Origin: Eledone cirrhosa
Taxonomy: Eukaryota
Direction of reading: 5' to 3'
NCBI GenBank assembly: GCA_964016885.1
Contig: OZ024742.1
Location: forward strand, 177,382,001-177,446,000
DNA length: 64,000 bases
Shown here: positions 40,632 through 53,700 of the stretch, one piece after another
Layout of the letters: each line of letters begins with the position of its first letter
Position numbering within the stretch: position 1 is the first letter of the stretch
Program-made: the position numbers and the translations under genes
The notes under the pieces: model-generated
Seen by the model: only the letters and a program-made list of their open reading frames with translations
The model's database searches: none
What the model was told of the DNA's origin: nothing

Positions 40632-41634
40632 ATACCAATATAATATAATGGGAATACACGGCCTTCCTTGTTTATGGTCTGATAGGAGTAATTTTGTTTC
40701 ACTTACGTTGTTAACGCTTTTAGAAGGAACATAAATCCTTGTTTTGGACCATCCAGATGAACACAATAAAACGAGCAACGAGCGATAAAATGTGAAAGAA
40801 ATAGAGAGGAGAGGGGAAATTGGAAGATCAGGGAGTAAGAAAGAGAGAGATAAAGAGAGAGGGAAATAGAGAGAGAGAGAGAGAGTGTGAGAGAGAGGGG
40901 GAGAGAGTAGAGCAAAGCTTGTTGAAAGTTTGATTTCAAAGTAGAAATAATCGGTATGAGAAAAACCAAAAACGATGATAATAAAAATAGTAGATGGGAT
41001 CTTAATTGGATTCATTAGGAAGGATAAGCAGTGGATTAGAGATTCAGATTGTGATAGATGTGAGTGAATTTGAACATCTTGAAGGTAGAATATGTCAGGA
41101 AGGGAGTGGCTAAACGTTGAAACAAATTAACTGGAAAGGGAACATAAAATATCCGTGAAAATATAGTTTCCGAGATGGGAATCTACCTTAAATCAATAAA
41201 ACATGTAATAAAAGCAGCAATTAGTGCATTTACATCATAAAGACCTTCATTTTCTATCTTCTAAATATATAACACAAAAAGTGTAGTCTCAAACTGAAAC
41301 TAATTTTATGATTATGTATGCAGCTATGAAAGAAATGATTATTGCATGCCACACCTGGACTTGTAAATCATACAAATGAGGCTTTCAAGCTCTTCAAAAG
41401 GAGTTAAACGCCAATATCATATATGCGTATACTGCATTACCTAAGTACAGCTGAATGGTCGGATATGTTATGTTTCAAATGTCATGGATCGTATATGAGA
41501 TGTATAAAGGGCTCTAGTCGTTGAGTTCGAATTACGAGACGAATCCGAAACATTAGACATGCATATATCCATATCCCACCACCATCTATCTCCATCTATC
41601 TATCATTCTATCTGTACATATCTCTCTCTTTCTT

Positions 41635-41774
<140 letters not shown>

Positions 41775-43237
41775 ATCCATCTATCTCCCTATCACTCTCT
41801 CTTTATCTAACTATCTACCTGTATAGTTTGTCTATCTCTGAAAATCCAATCCACTATCAAGCCATATAATACCTGTGGTATTATTCTGCTATTTTATCAT
41901 TTGGTTAGAGTATTGTCTCATTGTAACCCACATAGAGTTGCACCGATACTACATGTTGTTTGAGAAACAACCCCGTATTAATTAATTGCAGATCATTGCA
42001 AAAAATCGTTACTGGGACTCTTCATGTTTCCAATGATCGCAAAATATCCATTTTCAATACCACACATATTTAACTCGAAATGATATTAACTCGACGTCTC
42101 ATTATCTTTTACCTAATCAGATACAGTAAGCTGTAAATAACTCTTTATTCATTGTTTCGTTCTTACAAAATCAAATCAGATAGAATAGAATAGAATATAG
42201 ACATCAATAGATAGTTTGAATGAGATAAGTGTAGGGAATATTTAGACTGAATGATTTGAATGACTGTCACAGTATGATGTTGAATACAACATTAATGATT
42301 CGTAATCTCATGTCCTGCGGTCGACTTTGTTTAAAGACATGTACTACGGCAAAGGTTCAGTCTCCCGAATCAAGACAATGGGAATGATGGTTGATGATGT
42401 TCGTCTTTTATTCAACAGATTTTTACTTTGCAGCAATAAAACGGAAATTAAAATTAATAAATCAAAGACCTAGGTGACCTCAGGAATAAGTCGTCATTTA
42501 ACCAAATATTTCCATTGGAACGTCTAATGGCAGTTTAGGAATATCTTATATTATTTATTATCTGAACTTACAAAAGAGACATTAGATTATTATATTGTTT
42601 ATAAAACTACTCAAGATGACCTGATATTTACTGCTGTATTATATGAATACATATGATATAGTGCACTGCGTTGCTTAATGTACAGAGGTCTACGCTACCA
42701 GATAATCGATATTGATTATAATATGAGTAAAAGGAATTATTACACACTAAAAACGTGTTTCTTTGTGTAAGTCATCCGTGATTTATTAGCTAGCGGCAAA
42801 AGGTTACCTGTACATCAGAGTTTACTAAAAATGTTCCAAACTCTGATATATTTTAAGTAATCTCGGCAACATTTGTAAGGGTCAGACTATGAGTTACTGC
42901 TGCTTTGAAATGAACTTACTTCTACTACCGAACGCGCAGACCATTATATAATTTATGGTTTGATTTCTTTTTAGTTTAAGCGTATACTGAAAAAATAAAT
43001 AAATAGAATCTTAGCTAGTAGAAGGGATGGTTAAAGAAGGGTAAATAATTCTAGGTACATGACTATAATGTAAAAGCAAAAAGCAATCATCTAGTCAGTA
43101 GTGGGGTTTTTTTATCTACAAAATATATGTTTTCTTCGAGGAGAAATAATTTCTTTCGGGGAATGAAAAGATGCATCACTTCTACTCGAATGATTCTTGC
43201 ATACACTCAAATAATAATGCAAATATTTTGTTGCACG

Positions 43238-43282
<45 letters not shown>

Positions 43283-43328
43283 ATATATATATATATATAT
43301 ATAGATGCATAGGAACATTTTATATATA

Positions 43329-43372
<44 letters not shown>

Positions 43373-43695
43373 GTGTGTGTGTGTATATATATATAGGGGA
43401 GGGTGGTTATGTATAAGTGTCTATTCATGTATATATTTAGATATAAATGTTAATGCATGTTTAATACGAACATATATTTGTAAATGTAATAATGTATGCG
43501 TTTCTGTGAGTTTACATTACATGAAACTATTTAACTAAACACATCGCAATGCTCCTATTGAACCAGATAGCCTTCTGCTTATTGTTTTATTTTCTCTACA
43601 CTTCTGTACTTCAAAGAATGATTGTGCTTTACAATGGCTATATCATGATGAGGAGGAAGAGAAGTATGTATATATATATATATAATTAATTTATA

Positions 43696-43810
43696 TATAG
43701 AAATGGCTTCTACAGGACTAGAACTGTTTTATTCGAAGGAAATCATCAGAGCATTCCTGATTAAGTCTTTCGAATGAAATAGATCTGGTCCTGTAGAAGC
43801 CATTTCTGTA
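43696..43810. repeat. Decayed fold-back inverted repeat of a hammerhead motif
   Basis: Left arm (minus): CTGATGA tttccttcgaat aaaa cagttctagtcctgtagaagccatttct. Right arm: ctgattaagtctttcgaat GAAA tagatctg GTC ctgtagaagccatttct. A 7-nt spacer separates tcag and ctga. Confidence 0.65.
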
Positions 43811-43901
43811 TTGAATTTGTTGTTTACACTAATAATGTGGTTACACCCGCCTGAACCCGAGATTGTCCCCCCCCCCCACCCCCACCCCCACCCCGCCCAC
43901 G

Positions 43902-43987
<86 letters not shown>

Positions 43988-44369
43988 TGTGTGCGTGTGT
44001 GAGCGCGTGCGTGTATGTATATACGATTGTTTTTCAGAAGAGTAACTGAAGAGGACTGCAGTTCAATGAGTTACTCAATACATTAATAAAGAAGGTACAT
44101 ATGTATTTCAATCAGAAGGTTTCGATTTCCTGTGGCGAGTTGTGTCCTTCAGCAAAACCGTTCATTCTTCGTTACTCCACACGGCCGCAAAACAAAATTA
44201 TTCCTACCCATAATTCAAATTGGTAGATTTTTAACACCATATATCTGGATGACTGCCCCTGTGTAACTAAGTAATTAGTGCACACTTGTGAAATTCTCAC
44301 TCCATTAATTTCTTTAGCACCCAACGACGGAATCGATCGAGGTGCCACAAGAAATATATATATATATAT

Positions 44370-45420
44370 TAATAAAAGGAATTCCAACTTTGTCTGATTT
44401 ACTCGTTTTATTTACAATCCTTTAAAATTTATAATGGTATTAGAATGAAATAGTATGGTAGAATATTAAATGTTAAGTGTTAATTGAACAAGTACTTTCA
44501 TGCTTTCGCAATCTTCAGGTTCATATTCTGTGGTGACAGTCAAGTTTGCAATTTTCAACTGTAATGAGATGGGTAAATGTTGTGCCTTATATACGGTGAA
44601 AAGCGGCTACAGGATGCTAAATTTTGCAAACTGTATTTCGACCAATCGGTGTGTAGTGTCACTGGATTACTAAAGCTGATTCATTTAGGCGTCACGGTTG
44701 GTTGAGCATGTCTAACGACTAATGTTTGACCCTATCCAAAGCATCAATTATTTTGCTACTTTTAGAAATGATGAAAATAGCATTTTCTAGTAATCATTAA
44801 CATCACTTTTATTATTATTGTTGTTGTTGTTGTTGTTGTTAGTGGTGGTAGTCGACATGACATGGTTGTATTCATAGTAGGAGTAATACCCCATTATTAT
44901 TGTTCTTTTCTCTGATAAAATTCTTTTCTTTGAGTTTTCGCTTGATTTCGCTTGGGCTGTGTAATTTGTAGAATGGAAATATTATAAATATTATCTGACC
45001 ACATGATGCTAGATGGTTAATCAGGGGTATACTACCGACATTTGGGTCTCTGATTTGCTGTCGGTGCAGACGTGCACGTTCTGATTGTGCATTTCCAGTT
45101 TGACCGACATATAGTTCTTCACAATTCGGGCATATAATGCAGTAAATTAGATTTCTGCTTTTGCAGTTCATATTTGTATTTGGCAATATTTTTCCAGTGT
45201 TTGTGTTCATATATTGACTGGTGTGTATGGATTGACATGTGCCACATCGACTATCATTGCATTTAGATACAGTGAATGATTGGTCTTTGTTGTTAAGGTC
45301 AAACTTTGATTTTGTTAGTAATTGCTTCACATTTTTCGGCTGTCTTTTACTAAGAGTCAAAGATCGGTCTGTGATTAAGCCTTTTAATTTATTACTTTGA
45401 GCAATAATACTGCCTAGGCA
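44370..45420 (-). mobile_element. Neptune-type PLE 3' portion (GIY-YIG plus 3' UTR), left arm of an inverted pair
   Basis: ORF 44872-45456: CNDSRCGTC, LIYCIICPNCEELYVGQT, RARLHRQQIRD; 44641-45410 is the reverse complement of about 46012-47005. Confidence 0.9.
44485..44523 (-). ncRNA. 39-nt minimal type I hammerhead ribozyme, canonical core
   Basis: tgaac CTGAAGA t-tgc-gaaa-gca-t GAAA gtac TT gttca; stem III region is the palindrome agtact. Confidence 0.85.
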
Positions 45421-45454
45421 GTATCGGATGTTGCGTTTTGTATGAAATACCGTC

Positions 45455-47005
45455 AAATATAGACCACAACATCATGAAGAAGATCAACAACCTGGCTTCA
45501 AAATACCACAACTCACTTACTGATAAGGAAAGACTACATCACAAATTTTGATCCCAAACCCAGCAACCTGTATGGCCTACCGAAAATTGATAAGTCAAAA
45601 GAAATCCAACTGGCAGTAAAAGAACAAAACAATGAGTACATTAGATTACTACACCCAAAAGACTTAACACTTAGACCTATTATAGCTGGTCCAACATGCC
45701 CCCACCCACCGTCTAAGCAATGTTGTTGACATTATTTTGAAGCCACTATGTATTCACATACCCAGTTTCATCCGGGATGATATCGACTTCCTGTCCCCTC
45801 TTCCCAAAACCACGGAAACGAATTCACTTCTACTCAGTTTTGATGTGGTAAGCCTTTACACCAACATTACACATGATTTAGGAATAAAGGCGGTTAAATA
45901 CTGGGTGGAAAAACATAGAGAAGTGATTCCCATTAGATTCACAGCGCCATTTATATTAGACGCAATCATGTCACCAGGATATCTTCAACACTGCCAAAGT
46001 AAACCTACCGATCATTGCTCAAAGTAATGAATTAAAAGGCTTAATCACAGACCGATCTTTGACTCTTAGTAAAAGACAGCCGAAAAATTAGAAGCAATTA
46101 CTAACAAAAGCAAAGTTTGACCTTAACAACAAAGACCAATCATTTACTGTATCTAAATGCAATGACATGTGGCACATGTCAATCCATACACACCAGTCAA
46201 TATATGAACACAAAAATAGGAAAAATATTCCCAAATACAAATATGAACTGCAAAAGAAGAAATCTAACTTACTACATTAAATGCCCGAGTTGTGAAGAAC
46301 TATATGTCTGTCTAACTGGAAATGCACAGTCGGAACGTGCACGGGTACACCGACAGCAAATCAGAGACCAAAAATATCCGTCAGATACCCTTGAGTAACC
46401 ATCTAGCAACATGTGGTCAGAGAATATTTATAATATTTCCATTCTACAAATTACCCAAGTGAAATAAAGAGAAAAATCAAAGAAAAGAATTTTATTGATA
46501 AATTCCAACCCAAGCTAAATGAACAATAATAATGGGTAATTACTCCTACTATGACTATGACTACGACCATGTCATGTCGACTACTACCACTAACAACAAC
46601 AACAATAATAATGATTGTTTCTACTTTTGGCACAAGGCCAGCAATTACCCAGTGTATTACTGGTACTTTATTTTATCGACCCCGTAAGGATGAAAGGCAA
46701 AGTTAACCTCGGCGGGATTTGAACTCAGAATGGCAAGGGCCGTAACTCTATGCGTCAAAGCATGGCGTCCGACCCTCTACCGATACTGCCATTCCACCGC
46801 CCTTAATAACGATAATAATAATAAAAGTGATGTTGATGATGATGATTACTAGAAAATGCAGTTTTCATCATTTCTAAAAATAGCAAAATAGCAAAATAAT
46901 TGATGTTTTGGATAGAGTCAAACACTAGTCGTTAGACATGCTCAACCAACCGTGACGCCTAAACATCAGCTTTAGTAATCCAGTGAAACTACACACCGAT
47001 TGGTC
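45455..47005 (+). mobile_element. Neptune-type PLE right arm: RT N-terminal part, internal deletion, GIY-YIG and 3' UTR
   Basis: YGLPKIDK, LRPIIAGP and FDVVSLYTNI, then a jump near 45970 to the linker/endonuclease; cut off at 47005 by the Gypsy element. Confidence 0.85.
46613..46804 (-). mobile_element. S1 SINE nested in the PLE right arm
   Basis: Full-length S1 match; absent from the left arm at about 44810. Confidence 0.9.
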
Positions 47006-50000
47006 CGTAGCGAAGCGACACCTGTGGTGTGATAGCTCTGACGTCAGAAACGGACATTATAAAAATAATACAGACACACCGGCAAAAAAAGATGCAGAGC
47101 GACAACACACATTTTTCTTGGAGCTGATTGTACAAACACGCCCCAGCCATTCCTATTCTTCTGAATATGTGTGCAAGTCATAAATACACAGATACACGAC
47201 GTCTAAAGTGGCGACACCGATTATGCATCACACAGCCTTCTAAAAAAAACTTCGAAAAACTTCTAAAAGACTTCTAAAATCTTCTAGAGAAACATAGAAA
47301 AAAAAATTTTCGAAAATAATATTTTATTTCTTGCAACTGTGCGAAAGTGGCGAGGTTGAGGATTGTTTGTTTAACACAAAAAAAAATCTACAATGGCTGA
47401 CTCGTCCGCCAATTTTCCCGCCAATTGTCTTTCTTCTCCGAAATGCAGCCATCTGATTAGCTGAAACGCATCATGTCCTTCTGCAATTCAAAACAAACAA
47501 AAAAACATTTCATTTTTCTACCTTGAATTATTGTGACTTGTCGATTACGGATGTTGCATTTCTTCTTTCTTCATGGATGTTGAGGGAAATTTGTGTTGTG
47601 TTCCCGTTGTTCCAAACATCTAACACGCGTTGCCATTCTTTACTTGGATATCATTTAGTATTTTTTATGTGGAACTGATACATGCTAATGATGAGTAGTC
47701 CTAATTTATCTGCCTTCTCTGGTGAGCCCAAGCTCTGGATGCATATTTTGCTGCAAATGGAATTAAAACAGAGCAGAAACTCTATGTTTTGATTAGTGGT
47801 ATACCTTCGTCGCTCGCCATCAACGTGAAAGATTTAATAACGGACATGCCAACCGGTACTTCGTATTATTCTTTGAGGACGGAAATATTAAGGAGAAACT
47901 GCCGTTCTGCAGAAAGCAGGTTTCGTGCATTATTGGAGGAATAGTGTTTAGGCGACAGGTCGCCGTCCGAATGTTTACGCCACATTCGGGACCTCAGTGA
48001 ATCGCCCGATGAGGATAGTTCATTTATCAAAAAGTTATTTTTTTCTCGCTTGCCAAACAATGTACATATTATATTGGCTACCATAGTGGACTCGAGCTCG
48101 GTGGAGCAGATCGCTGCGTCTGCCGATCGAATTGTGGAATTCTCTAGGAAAGCTACCTGGTCAGACTCGCTTGTTGCCTCTTCGACTTTTCCGAACCAAC
48201 CCGTCTCGACACACGAGGATGCCATTTTGAAGGTGATTGACGCATTGACGCATTGACGCGTCAAGTCGCGAAATTATGTAAGGAGAGTAGGCCATCTCCA
48301 AGGCGGCCAAGAAGTCGTTCGCGATACTTCGTGACTTCACGCCGTAACGCCAGCTTGCCCGCCAGCAATTCGTCTTTTTGCTGGCACCATGCCACCTTCG
48401 CTAATAAAGCAAAGCACTGCCGGCCATCATGTAACTATTCAACTTCGGGAAACAAAGACCAGAGTCACTGAAGGCGCCAGCTGATCTCTGTGCTACACAC
48501 CCAAACCACCACTTCTTTATTGAGGGCCGCCTGTCCGGAAGATCTTTCCTCATAAATACGGGAGCCTCCTGCAGAATTTGGCCGGTGAACTGTGTTAAAG
48601 AAACTCCTCCTGAGTCATCAATGAATCTACAAGCTGTCAATCATTTCGCCGATACGGACCTTTGGACAAATCTCGCTTCCTCTGCAATTCAGAAATCTTC
48701 GACGAGATTTCAAATGGATTTTTACGGTTGCTGACCTACCATACCCGATCTTGGGAGCAGATTTTCTACACCATTTTGCATTGACGGTGGACGTCCGTGG
48801 CCGACGCCTACTAGACGGCATTACTGGTTTTTCTCTTCGTGGCCGGAAAGCTAATTTTCCATCGGTTAGCCCGATCTTTTTCATCGCTAATGCTGGGAAT
48901 CCCTATCATGCATTGTTGAATTCTTTCTCACAGCTTACTCGGGGAAATTTTCGAGTTGTCTCACCGACTCAAACAACGGAGCATTTTATCTCTACAACTG
49001 GCGCCCCAGTGTACTCACGTCCTCATCGCTTGCCTGCGGACAAATTGAAGGCAGCACGGTCCGAGTTCAACCATATGCTGCAGCTTGGCATAATTCGCCC
49101 TTCTATGAGCCCTTGGACTTCTCCGTTACACATGGTACCCAATACTTCTGGCGACTGGAGACCCACTGGGGATTATAGGAAGTGAAATGCTATAAATGTC
49201 CCGGATAGATACCCTATCCCACACCTGCAAGCTTTTGCATCGTCGTTGCAGGGATGTAAAATTTTCTCTAAGCTCGATTTGGTGCGAGCCTATCATCAAA
49301 TTCCTGTCAAGAAAGAACATATTCTGAAAACGGCCATTACGACTCCATTTGGATCATTCAAATTTCTTACCATGCGTTTCGGACTTAGGAATGCTGCTAG
49401 CACCTTTCAATGGATGAGGTCACTCGTGGTGTAGACTTCTGATGATCTGCTTATTGCTAGTTCCTCCAGAGAAGAACACATACGTCATTTGAATCTTTTG
49501 TTTTGTCGACTCAATGATTACAGTGTTCAAATAAATCCCACAAAATGTGTTTTCGGTGCGGAATCACTAAATTTTTTAGGTCATGTCATTGACTCCGAGG
49601 GTATTCGACCCCTCCTTCACCGAGTTCAGGCTTTAGAGGATTTGCCTCCGCCGACCACACTTCATCAGTTGTGACTATTCCTAGGACTGATAAATTTCAA
49701 TAGACGTTTTGTTCCATATTGTGCTAATCTACTCTTCTCTCTTACTGAGATTCTGAAAAATTGCCGCAAGAAGAACAAGGAAATCTCTTTGACTCAGTCT
49801 CAGCTCGAGGATTTTCAAAAAGCCAAATCACCATTGGCTAGTGCATCTTTGCTGGCCCACCCAGTGTCCAATGCCAAGCTTTCGCTTTGTGTTGATGCGT
49901 CGCATACTGCAGTGTGTGCAGTCTTACAACAGAGTAGTGACGATCACCAACAACCATTGGAATTTTTCTCCAGGAAGTTGAAGCCTGCAGAAACTCGCTA

Positions 50001-51495
50001 CAGCACCTTTGGCCGAGAACTGTTAGCCATCTACCTTTCCGAGAAACATTTTTCATATATGCTCGAAGGAAGGTGTTTTACAATCTATACTGACCATAAA
50101 CCTTTGACCTTCGCTTTAAGGGCAAAGTCCGACAAGTACTCGCCCAGAGAAACAAGGCATCTCGACTTTATCTCGCAATTCACACACGACATCCAACACA
50201 TTCCAGGCTCATTGAATTGAACACAGCGGCTGACGCCCTGTCTCGATTGCCGATCAGATCGATTGCGTCATCCCACGACATCGATTTAAATCACTTGGCA
50301 GCAGACCAACCTTCACTGGAATTGTTGGATATTACATCAGCCGAATTTGCGACAAGTAATTTGAAATACCTGCCATTGCCCACCGCAGACGGACAGATTC
50401 TCTGCGACGTTTCCGTGGATTCACCGAGACCATTCGTCGCACTAAACCATCGTCGTACTGTGTTTCCTGCTTTACACAGCATTTCCCACCCAGGATCTTC
50501 TGCCACAGTAAAGCTCATAACAACCACATTTTTCTGGACAAATATGAGGCGCCATATTACTGCTTGGTGCCGTTCCTGCATCGCTTGCCAGAAATCGAAA
50601 ATCCATAAAAACGTTAAGGCTCCGCTCGATACTTTCAGTACACCGGACGCCTGTTTCCGGCACATTCATGTGGACATGGTGGGACCTTAGCCAGTCAATG
50701 GTGGTCATACTGATCTATTGACTGTTATTGATCGTTTTTCGCGATGCTGAAACGACAGCGCGTGGCCTAGTATCAGGTTGGATTGCCCGCTTTGGAGTGC
50801 CAACCACGATTACAACGGACAGTGGAAGACAGTTCGAATCGAATCGAATCTCCGAATTGACGAAGATCATTGGCGCTAAACGCATCCGAACAACTTCATA
50901 TCATCCCGCATCTAATGGAATGGTGGAGCGCTTCCACCGACTACTAAAAGCCGCTCTTAAAAGTGACTCCCTATTGTGTTGTTGGGGATTCGGTCATCAA
51001 TAAAGGAGGTCCTTGGGTTCTCACCGGCAGAATTATTGTATGGTGCTCCTCTAGCGTTACCTGGGCAAAAGCTTGCCCCTGTCGATCTTGCTGCACAAGA
51101 TCCGCTTTCCTACGTATCCCGTCTGCGTTCTTATTTTCAGGACGTGCCGCCGATGTATACGAGTAAACAAACTGTAAACTCTGCAGTCCCGAGGGATATT
51201 GCCTCGTGGACCCATGTGTTCGTAAGAAACGATGCTGTGAGACCACCTCTCACACAACTCTCGACCCTACCGTGTATTAGCTCGTTCTGATAAACATTTC
51301 ACTGTAGACATTAGGGGATCCAGAGAAACCATTGCGGTTGATAGACTTAAACGGGCCCATACATATGCTCACACACCTGAGCCACATACACCCCCATCTT
51401 TCTCTTTAGCACACACACCTGTAACTTTGCCCCCCCCCCATCACCAAGATACAAGAACACGACCCGTTCCGGTCGAAGAGTCCACTGGCCACTGG
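47006..51495 (+). mobile_element. Ty3/Gypsy LTR retrotransposon (CsRn1-like CHCC gag), decayed, 3' LTR missing
   Basis: Putative 5' LTR about 47006-47207 and PBS-like tggcgacaccga at 47209. Gag LGDRSPS and CWHH..C..C; protease FLINTGA; [28 protein letters not shown]; RNase H VDAS, RELLAIY, YTDHKPL; integrase [27 protein letters not shown]. Confidence 0.9.
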
Positions 51496-52870
51496 ATCCT
51501 TTGTGGAAACAAACAGTGTCTAACTGTGGATATTTAAGCTGCCCTTGTTGCAGACCTTTGCTTTTGTCTTTCTTACGATTTGTCTACCAAGGCGGTAGAT
51601 CTAGCTAGACTGGGGGTTTTAAATGTGTGCGTGTCCACATATCATCTTTTCTTGAAAATATACGAAGTGGCACCCACATACTTATATGTTATCAGTTTAA
51701 ATTTGACGGTATATTAGTAAATGATGTTTTTGTACAAACATTTACCCGATAACGGACAATTGCTAGGATTTCTGCAGTTGCAGTTTGTACGTGTGGTTCC
51801 TGCACCGGCTCCTGTGTTGGGGGTGTTATTTCGGGTATTTTGTGGCTGCTTTGAATTGTGGCTGCTTTGAAAAGTGGAAGAGACGTTGGTATTTGCGGGT
51901 GCCGGTCTGTTTAGTGTTGGGGGCTGCGGATGCTGCCGTGTGTTCAGAGTATGTCCGAATTTTTGTTAGCTGTTGTTATTACCATACCTGTAGAGGTGCT
52001 TTTATTTAATTTCATGATGAAATTGCCCAGGTTAGCTGTGGTGGAACAGGATAGTCGTGTGTAGGATGTAAGTGTTCGTCTATAAGTTTGAAGAAAATAT
52101 AAGAAAGCTTAGTAGTTGTCAGACCATTGTGCGGGGGATTATACAATTGGTATGATTTTGTGCAGGACCTACTTGATGTTTTCTTATTTGCAGCATTATT
52201 ATTTTTCCTGCCACTGTGGAGCTTTGGGCCGTTGATAATGAAATTTGAAAATTGTTTATGGTATATTTGCGATGTTTTTTCCGTTGAGGTGGTTGGATTT
52301 TCCTCCGCATGGAGTACCTGGAAGAACTTTTAGTCGTTCACCATAACCGACCCTAAGTAGAGCAGCATTGTAATAGTTCACGTGTGTATTGAAAGAGGAT
52401 TCAGAGGCTGACAATCTGGAGATCTTAAAGGATACATGTTTAACAATGGAGCTATTGATAGTCCTAGAACGGTTAGACCAACGATTAAAATAGTTAGATT
52501 TATAGAAGGATTCGTATATGCCCGAGTTAAGTTCGAAAATCACAGCTAAAAAGTTGACACGTTTAAGATTATGGTCAAACGATATTTTTTCAGGCCCATG
52601 CGTTGAAAGAAGGATCTAATCGTTTTCCTTCTTCTTTCCAACTGTTAACCATTGAAATTCTTAACGTGTAGGAGAGCGTCATCTCTATATAATCCGCCCT
52701 TGAGGTCAGGACATTCTAGATGAAATTTGATCATAAGATATGTTCCTACAAGACCCGTAACTTGGGCCGAGTCACTCGAACACAAAGTAATATCAAAGTC
52801 GTTTTGTCTATCCTTACGTGTCCAGGATACATTTTCAAACATTAAGATCGAATATCTAGCAGTTAAAATT
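51495..52870 (-). pseudogene. Second Naiad-type PLE fragment (RT core to GIY-YIG)
   Basis: DFDITLCSSDSAQVTGLVGTYL, GGLYRDDAL, KISRLS..YYNAAL..GY, CNCRNPSNCPLSGKCL, IIY..YVGATS. Confidence 0.85.
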
Positions 52871-52943
52871 CTATATGTATACATGCATATATGTTCATGT
52901 GTGCATATACATATATATATATATATATAGATATATATATATA

Positions 52944-52979
<36 letters not shown>

Positions 52980-53039
52980 TGTGTGTGTGTGTGTTCTAAT
53001 TCGCCCACTTATTCCTGAATATATATATATATATTTATT

Positions 53040-53046
53040 TGTGTGT

Positions 53047-53145
<99 letters not shown>

Positions 53146-53205
53146 TGTGTGTGTGTGTGTGTGCGTGTATGTGTGTGTGTGTGCGTGTATGTGTGTGTGT
53201 GTGTG
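53040..53205. repeat. (GT)n microsatellite
   Basis: Direct reading. Confidence 0.95.
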
Positions 53206-53617
53206 TTGTATTGAGAGAGTGAAAGAAATCAGCTTCACTAAATCACACACCCTCTTGCTTGTAGCGAAATTGCACGGTTCAGTAGTCTCTCTTCATACAA
53301 TTCTCACACAATTCCATTTCCAACTTCCTCTGATGCAGCAGGAAACCACTATAATGTCTCATTCCAATATCAGCTACAGTAATCTTGAATCATGCTAAAC
53401 AGTGTTAATCTACCACCGATAGATAAGATTCCACTTGAAAAATTATTTCATTCTTAAGATTGTGGAAATCCGAGAAGATAATGGATGGAACCCCGTGTGT
53501 TGTAAATAGATTAGCGATAGATAGCAATCTGACATCATAGCTTCATATTTCCTTATTCCACTGAATATACTAGAGGCGATTGCTAATCGCATAAATCAGA
53601 ATAAACCATTATAATAC

Positions 53618-53700
<83 letters not shown>

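Noticed and set aside
43132-43180. Hairpin plus GAAA plus palindrome gatgcatc
   Set aside because: No 5' core and no clear UH site; possible remnant but unsupported.
44290-44352. Minus-strand hairpin plus GAAA ttaa TG next to (TA)n
   Set aside because: The cleavage position would be G and the core is absent.
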